Assembly (NCBI GenBank): GCA_010093995.1
Contig: ML992505.1
Coordinates: 1 to 64,000 of the forward strand
Direction of reading: 5' to 3'
DNA from: Elsinoe ampelina
Lineage: Eukaryota
DNA: 64,000 nucleotides
Under the pieces are notes generated by a model. It was given only the letters and a program-made list of their open reading frames with translations. It did no database searches and was not told the DNA's origin. Below, piece by piece: positions 57,315 through 64,000 of this stretch; position 1 is the stretch's first letter; every line of letters starts with the position of its first letter. A program made the translations under genes and the position numbers.

Positions 57315-59153
57315 ATGCAATTATGCTCGAGCTCCTACGGAAGAGTGATGCTCAAGCATTGCTGCCATTTCAGGTCGAGCTTGGCAAGAGTTCCACTGGT
57401 ACCAAATCTTCGTCTTGCCTCTTCTGCGAGTGCCATCAAAAAGGGTATACGAGCTGAGAAGCCATCTCGCCGTACAAGGGACACAAGGCCAGGTCACAAG
57501 TTCGATGGCTTTGCAGAACCACGTGATGCCTTCGGACTAAAACCGGGCTCTGCTGGTCGCACCACGCACCGAGCCACGTTGGACGCCACCAAAATTGGAC
57601 CACCGAGTGACAGGTTTGGCAGACGGACCGACTTCGGACGAAGCCATGTGGGAAATCGGAAAGCCACATCTGGTCCAGCGGCCACTTGGATCGAGGCCAC
57701 GAGGGGTTCAAAGGTTGCGTCGTATGACAGAGAACGACCTCGTGCCACGCCCGTGAAACCGGAACGACTTGATAGGCTCACAGGGCGGGCAGACTCGCTT
57801 TCCAATCGCTTGCAGCGAAAGACCTCTGATCGAGGAGTGGTGGATGATAGGTCTGGCAGTCGCCATGACCATCGCAAAGACCGGCAGCCAACGGGTCGAA
57901 AACCATTAACATCACAAGAACTGGGCGATCGAGCCATGTCGCCGAGTTTCAGGAGCTCAAGAGAGCAGCCGGCAAGTCTGAAGTCTTCACCTTTGCGAGA
58001 ATGGCAGGATCGTCCTGCTCGGTATTCAAGCTTCGAACACGACGCAAAGGAGCATCCGGCATGGATCCGAGAAGCGCCCGAATCGACATTGCCACTCGCC
58101 ACCGCGGCATCACAATTTGTCTATGGCCGCTCGGCGGCGCTCGCTTGCCTTCGCGCAGCTCGACGACAGATCCACAAAGCATATGTTCAGAAGGATCGCC
58201 TGGAAGCCTCAGGTTATGCTCAGATCATCCTGCAGCTTTGCAAATCACTCAAAATCAGCGTCGTTCGAATGACCACTCCGAGCCAGATACAATCTATGAA
58301 AGCGACTGCTGATGATCGCCCATACAATGGCATCATCTTGGATGTAGCACCTTTACCTTATCCACCTGTAGAGTCGCTTGGCAGACCGACCATAGCAGGT
58401 TCCCTCGGCTGGACATCAACGTCCACGACAGCTGCGGGTAGTGTCGTGGTCCACCTCAGTCTGGGTCCGCAGTCTTCAGAAGAGACGCAGGCAAATGCAT
58501 CCCTGAAGCAGATAGTATGCCCCGCTTCGAGGCAGCCCTTCATCCTACTCTTAGACGGCATCAAAGATGAAGGCAATCTTGGCAATATCCTCCGTACGGC
58601 TCATTTCTATGGTGTGGATGCCGTAGCTGTCTGCTCGGACGCCACCGCGCCCGTCAATAGCTCCATCGTTGGGAAGGCCGCATCTGGGGCTACAGAAGCG
58701 GTGCCATTGCTCAAGGTTTCCGATCCTGTGCGCTTCTTAGAGCGCAGCAAGGAGAATGGGTGGCAAGTATGGGCCAGTGTTTCCCCTGACTATGAACAGG
58801 AGGCTCCGGATAAGAAACGCGGCTCCAGAAATTCAGTGGTATCGTCTGAAGGGTTGGGAAACCCTTTGACCTCACAACCCTGCATTCTTATGCTTGGGAG
58901 CGAAGACGCTGGTTTGAGAAGTTTTGTTGTCAAGAAAGCTGACAAGCTTGTCACCATTAAAGGTAGAGCCGATCGGGTTGATGTTGGGGTCGACAGTCTG
59001 AATGTGGGGACGGCTGCAGCAGTTTTGATTGATGCTTTCATGAGAAGATCAGTGAGGGACAGCAGCACGGCTGCAGCTGACTCTGCAATTGTCAATGCTC
59101 GTCCAAAGGAGTTCAAGGTCCGCAAGTTTGTCAAGGACGACGGGCTTGATTAG
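57315..59153 (+). CDS. MRM1: Mitochondrial rRNA 2'-O-methyltransferase (SpoU/TrmH family)
   Basis: Arg-rich presequence-like N-terminus; LP..TAASQFVYG, LLDGI.D.GNLGNILRTA.F.GVD, LGSE..GL, VDSLNV..AAAVL. Start at 57315 or 57348. Confidence 0.88.
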   Translation: MQLCSSSYGRVMLKHCCHFRSSLARVPLVPNLRLASSASAIKKGIRAEKPSRRTRDTRPGHKFDGFAEPRDAFGLKPGSAGRTTHRATLDATKIGPPSDRFGRRTDFGRSHVGNRKATSGPAATWIEATRGSKVASYDRERPRATPVKPERLDRLTGRADSLSNRLQRKTSDRGVVDDRSGSRHDHRKDRQPTGRKPLTSQELGDRAMSPSFRSSREQPASLKSSPLREWQDRPARYSSFEHDAKEHPAWIREAPESTLPLATAASQFVYGRSAALACLRAARRQIHKAYVQKDRLEASGYAQIILQLCKSLKISVVRMTTPSQIQSMKATADDRPYNGIILDVAPLPYPPVESLGRPTIAGSLGWTSTSTTAAGSVVVHLSLGPQSSEETQANASLKQIVCPASRQPFILLLDGIKDEGNLGNILRTAHFYGVDAVAVCSDATAPVNSSIVGKAASGATEAVPLLKVSDPVRFLERSKENGWQVWASVSPDYEQEAPDKKRGSRNSVVSSEGLGNPLTSQPCILMLGSEDAGLRSFVVKKADKLVTIKGRADRVDVGVDSLNVGTAAAVLIDAFMRRSVRDSSTAAADSAIVNARPKEFKVRKFVKDDGLD

Positions 59154-59552
59154 GATGAAGCTCTCTCAGTTCGTGTCGGGAGGCGTCCTTCTTCTCTGCA
59201 CCTTAAACAGGACCTCTACTGTTATTGAGAACTCTCCACCTCTGCATTCGAGTGGCGATGAGAGCGTGAATACCATGTACAAATATACATACAGGTAGCA
59301 GACAACAAGTGAAGATTAATGAGACTTCCTACACCTTCGATGCCGGTACATCGACGGTTGAAGTGTTCGTTTGCTATATCACTACATGCTCAGCCCCTCC
59401 CGAAATGGTAATCGTATATGTGCATGCAGCGTGCAAGAGTGTAGAGTACATGCCAGTTGGACGCCGGTGCGATGTCATTCAACGCCTCTCTCTTTTTAAT
59501 GGCAGCAGTAATCTGCTGCAGTCTTCTACCGCTCCTCGTCTTTTGAGCCCCC

Positions 59553-61535
59553 CTACCGCATTCCGGGCGGCGGACCTCCCATACCCATACCCTGCAGTCT
59601 GCTCGCAAGTTGTGGATACTTCTCCTGCACCTCAAGCTGTGTCCTCGTCGCCTCGGCGTATGATAGAGCATTGACAATCTCTCCTTCAGTCCTGGACAGT
59701 TCTGCAGCACGTTCAAAGTACTCGAGAGCCTCTGTGACCTTGCCCTGCTGGAGCAAGAGCTGGGCCATGGTGGCCACAGCGATATCGCAGTCGGGATCAA
59801 CTGCGATGAGTCAGTATGGTATCGATCGTCGTTCTTGATCGGGAAACGTACTGATGAGTGCCTTCTGGCAAAGATCTTCCGCCGCTTTGAAGTCCTGCTT
59901 CCACTGGAACAGCGCCAAAGCCTTGTTGATCAACGGCAGCACGTTCATGCCTGTCACGTGCTCTTTCTTCTCCAACTCTACTGCGGTCTCAAACTTCTGT
60001 ATAGCTTCCTCGTACTTTTGCTGGTCCAGTAGTAATTCACCGTAGTAGTTGTAGACATCCGGGACCTTGTCGAAGTTCTTCATGCATCTCCTGAATGTAG
60101 CCATCGATGAGGCTATGCTTCCCATCTTGTACTGTGTGACACCAAGCTGGATGTGAGAGAAGATAAAGTCCTTGTCAAGGTCGATTGACTTCTGGTAGTC
60201 CTTGGCCGCCTCGCCGAATTCTGAAAGGATGAAGTTCAGCTGTGCGCGGTGGTAGTAGATGTCTGGGTCGCGCTCGTCTTGCTTGATCGCGACATCAAAG
60301 TCTTCCTTTGCTTCAGTGCGATTGCCGGCTTCGAGGTGCATGCTTGCGCGCTTGACGTAGGATTGAATCAGTGCAGGGTTAAGCTCCAGCGACTTGTTCA
60401 AGTCCGCGAGAGCACTGTCTTCGCCCTTCAAGTACTTGAACGTGCCGCGCATGTTGTATGCCAATGCCTCGTGCTCGCCGAGATCGCCCAGCTCTAGCGC
60501 CTGGTCAAAGGCCTCTGAAGCCTCGGTGTAGCCATCACCCGATCTCTTCTGGACTGCTTGCAGACCCTTGCGGAGTTGCCCTTTGCCAGTATTCTCATCC
60601 AGCTCTGCGCTCTCGTCGATCCCTGCAGGAAGTGGCTTTGGCCGGAAAGACTGGAGGTAATTCGAGACAAAGGTCGGACTGGGCAGCTTCTTCGGCTTGC
60701 TCTTGAGGATGTCGGCGGCCTTTGCTTCTGCTACCTTCTTCAACAGTCGCTCGACTGCCTGCGCGCTCGCGTCGTTGCGGAAACCATCAATGATGCAGCT
60801 CGCGGTGTAGTCCAGAAGTGCTTCACTGTACTTGCCGCTCTGCTCGTAGGCGTTCGCACGACGGTTCAGCGCCTTGACGTATTCGGCATCCAAGTTGAGA
60901 GCGGCGGTGGTGTCTTCGATGACGCGCTCCCAATTTGACATGGCGTTCCAGCATGCAGCGCGATTGGAGTAGAAGACGGGATCTGCCTTGCAGAGTAGAG
61001 CTTGTCCGTAAAGGTCGATTGCTCGATTGTAGTCCTTCGATCCGTATGCTTTGTTGCCGGCAGCCTTGAGCTTCGCCGCATAGTCCTTCTTCTCTTGGTC
61101 TGACAGCGCGCCTACACTCTCCTCCGTGACTTGTGGTAACTCCTCTTCCGCTTCGACGGTGGCCGCAGGTGGTTTCGCTACGCTATGTCAGCTTAGTGTA
61201 ATGACCCATTAGAGGTGTAGTTTCGTACTTGGTGCAGCCTCCTTCACCACTGCTGGCTTTTCGGCATCCTTCTTAGCCTTCTTCTTATCCTTTTTGGACT
61301 TCCGCTTTTCCCCGGTTGTACTTTCGGAGGAGCTTGAGCTCGAGAAGTAGTAGATGGCGCCAGCGCTCGATACTACCAGAGTCACGCCGGCGAGTGTGTA
61401 TACTGTGCTCTTGTTTTCCGCCGCCCAAAGTGTGATTCGGTCCCATAATGAGGAGGAGGATTCGGCAATCTTGGATGTATCGAGGACGGTCGGCGCGGAC
61501 GCGCCAGAGGAAAGGCTTTCGGACATGCTGGGCAT
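59553..61535 (-). CDS. TOM70: Mitochondrial import receptor Tom70
   Basis: N-terminal anchor ([20 protein letters not shown]), [25 protein letters not shown] and many TPRs. Introns 61228-61178 and 59851-59801. Confidence 0.95.
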
Positions 61536-63123
61536 GACCACAAGAGTTTGAAGCAGTGGAGGTAAGAGATTGACAACTGGTCAACACCCAGAGACTGCTT
61601 CAATGACCAGGACGTGGGGGGGGGGGTTGTGGATGAAAAGTCGCGTTATCACAAGCCGCGACAATCTTTGCAACCACAAGTTTCTGAAGTGAAGTCATTG
61701 GAGCGGAAGAGCTTACCTTGTCTTGGCGTCGGCCGTGTCAAGATGCTTGATCAAGGTTGACCATGCTGACTCGAGCATCTTTGGTCAGGAATTCCTCCAG
61801 GGCACGTGAGACACGGTAAAATCTGGTACGGAGATGCCTTTTCCCAAAGGCCAGGGCTGACGGATAACCGTCCAGAGGTTATAAGGGTCGAGCATCACCA
61901 TCCGCGTACTGTGGGTGTTTTGTGCAGAGCCTCACAAGCCACCTCATCCTTGTTTGGTGATGGTAGGTGAACAAGGCCGATGAGACGTGGATCTAGCTCA
62001 TTGCAAAGCATGTCCTGGTCACGTCGCAAGAATTTCTGACAGCTTGCGACATACAGCGACAGGCACAAAAAGTCAATGACACGTTCGGAAAAGCGCATTG
62101 GAATTCGATGAACGTCCCAAGCAAGACGATTCTGCTCGTTGACATCGTCACACAGGGCAGGCAGAGGCAAAGGCCTCGGAACTGTTCACGTTCAAGGCGT
62201 TGCTGATGGCGCGACGTTGAGAATTGAAAGGCACAGACCGTTGCAGAGCATTGTTACTAGTGTATTGAGCGTGCGTGAATTTTGTGAGATGAGTTTACTG
62301 ATTTCCTGGCCCTATGGTTGGACGGCCAGTGTACTGTAGAGTGCGCCATTATCGTGTATCAGCCTTTTCTGCGATTCGGGCCAGATTGATTTTTGTGAAA
62401 GCAACAACTGACACAAATCGGTCGTGCCGACACCCTTCTTATCTTGACGGTTCACACGTTACGAGGACTTTTCTTTCGTACGAACGACCCTTGGACGGCG
62501 ATTGTCGATTGTCGCAGGTCCCTTGCAGATTTGCAGCTTTCCCGTCAGGCCCTTGAGCATCATCCAAGCATAACAAAAGGGTGCACCAAGCGCGCGCAAG
62601 ACAGACGACCATCTTGGCCTACGCTCGTCAGGCTTCAGGAGAGAGCGTCTCAGCAGTCGCCGATACTTGGGACCGCACTTGGGAAACCCCCCCACGGCTG
62701 GCTAGGGCTCCACCTGGCCCTTCTGTGGTGACTTGCGCAACTTGGCCTTGCGAGGCAATCCTGGATCCGATTAGCCGTGCTTCTGGCTTTTTTTCTCGCC
62801 CAAGCGCCGCCGTCATTTCGCCCGTCGGCGCTGCACTGCACTACTGTTGCGACCCCGGTTTCTGCTCTCAACCTGAATGTTTTAATAACCCGCGCTTCAA
62901 GGTTCTTTTTGGTGGGGGTCACTTATTTCCAATCCACGCCGCCCTCGCTCCTCGTCTCAAACTCACCTGACCATTTCTTCGATACTCTACGCATAACATG
63001 TGCTCGCAGTCTTCGATACACACGACGTTCGACCACGCGCAATCGTAGCGCATAATACCCCTCCAGCCCTACAGCCAGTTTGTTGTTCCTGGGCTGTCGA
63101 AACCGCCTTCCTTCGCCGACAAC

Positions 63124-64000
63124 ATGGCCGCCGTCTCAGCTCGTCGTAATGCTTCCACAGACTCTACCATGTATGGTGTGGGAGGTCGTCGACAACCTTT
63201 CTTTGTCCTCGACGATCAAGCGGTAGAAGATCAGTACCTATTCACCTCGTTCCGTTTCGACAAGAAGGAAAAGTGCAGCAAACTCAACCCCGTTTGCTGC
63301 AAAGAAGCGAAGCACGTGTACCTCTTCAAATATCACTTCGACCGACTGAAGGACTCGGCAAAGTGCAGAGGGTGGTACGATGCGGAGAAGTGCCTCAAAC
63401 GACCAATCGACCTCTTCAACAGGGTAGAATACGCCGTTACTCAGTACGAGCAGAAGAATGGAAAGGGAGGACCATACAAGATCAGGATCAAGCTGAAGTA
63501 CCATGGCAACCTGGTTATTGATGTTATGCCCGAGGTCTCGCTGTACAAGAAGCCACTGCTCTATCCCACTACGCTCGAGCTCTTCAAACATCCTCACGAA
63601 GCTGCTTCCCGCTGCAACAACTTCAAGGTCGTTCTAGACACTCTTCCCACCAACAAATCACTTCACACCAAATCCAAGACCGAATGGCGGCCAATGTACG
63701 ATTACGCGAGGTTCAGTGCTGGCATTGAATCATATCAGGACGCAAAAGAGGTGCTCCTTTATAATGCTGATGGCGAGATCATGGACGGGACCATCACCAC
63801 CCCGTACTTTTACAGGAACGGCGGATGGGTGACCCCTCACACGACATGTGGTGGTCAGACTGGCACCACGCGCAGATGGGCAGTCGACCAAAATCTTTGC
63901 ACTCTCGGCACGATCAAGGTCGAGACGCTACGCCACGACGAGATCATCTGGTTCAGCAACTCCGTCAAGGGTTTCTTCACTGGACGGTTTGTGGCCACCC
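63124..64000 (+). CDS. Class IV PLP enzyme, 4-amino-4-deoxychorismate lyase (Abz2)-like; partial, runs off the window
   Basis: Not in the ORF track. My translation is stop-free from ATG 63124 to the window end: LFTSFRFD, YLFKYHFDRLKDSA, KSKTEWRPMYDYAR, EVLLYNADGEIMDGT.TTPYF.R.GGWVTP, GGQTGTTRRWA, SNSVKG. Confidence 0.8.
   Translation, partial: MAAVSARRNASTDSTMYGVGGRRQPFFVLDDQAVEDQYLFTSFRFDKKEKCSKLNPVCCKEAKHVYLFKYHFDRLKDSAKCRGWYDAEKCLKRPIDLFNRVEYAVTQYEQKNGKGGPYKIRIKLKYHGNLVIDVMPEVSLYKKPLLYPTTLELFKHPHEAASRCNNFKVVLDTLPTNKSLHTKSKTEWRPMYDYARFSAGIESYQDAKEVLLYNADGEIMDGTITTPYFYRNGGWVTPHTTCGGQTGTTRRWAVDQNLCTLGTIKVETLRHDEIIWFSNSVKGFFTGRFVAT

Noticed and set aside
59277..59295. Puf-like TGTA elements between convergent MRM1 and TOM70
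   Set aside because: TGTA..TA motifs are generic in fungal 3' ends, and the match to a specific Puf consensus is imperfect.
61616..61626. G11 homopolymer upstream of TOM70
   Set aside because: Single non-coding run; no four-tract quadruplex pattern or coding effect.
1..64000. tRNA, rRNA, CRISPR arrays, TPP riboswitch, secondary-metabolite cluster
   Set aside because: None recognised by eye; tRNAscan-SE and Infernal would be needed to exclude small RNAs formally.

Overview
Gene-dense eukaryotic DNA from a filamentous ascomycete (Pezizomycotina; a Dothideomycete is my guess, not proven). Evidence: short GT-AG introns with CTRAY branch points and a RIP-mutated block. Positions 1-~2540 are the edge of a repeat/heterochromatin block. 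It has a CpG-poor segment (1-~720) and then a very AT-rich TpA-rich RIP segment. By reversing C>T/G>A changes I can read two things in the RIP segment: a fossil Zn2Cys6 + coiled-coil ORF, and the 5' exon of the adjacent GH3 beta-glucosidase, which is now a pseudogene with damage fading away from the repeat. The rest holds about 24 apparently intact genes: Zn-alcohol dehydrogenase, LITAF-domain protein, HET-domain protein, metallophosphoesterase, SNF7, TEN1, TrpRS, UPS1, ISWI, NCE102, ARP1, DUF3602 protein, MYND protein, GH62, 2OG-Fe(II) oxygenase, FHL1, SPT6, STE7, AIM24-like, PKA regulatory subunit, MDG1-like, a small hypothetical protein, Mit1/CHD3-like remodeller, MRM1 and TOM70. A partial Abz2-like lyase runs off the right edge. 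Most interesting: RIP spreading into the GH3 gene, the fossil zinc-cluster ORF, a 568-nt intron in the Mit1-like gene that could switch between two different C-termini, and a speculative LITAF-HET-phosphoesterase-SNF7 module. All family calls come from motif recognition by eye, not database searches. No rRNA, tRNA or CRISPR was seen.
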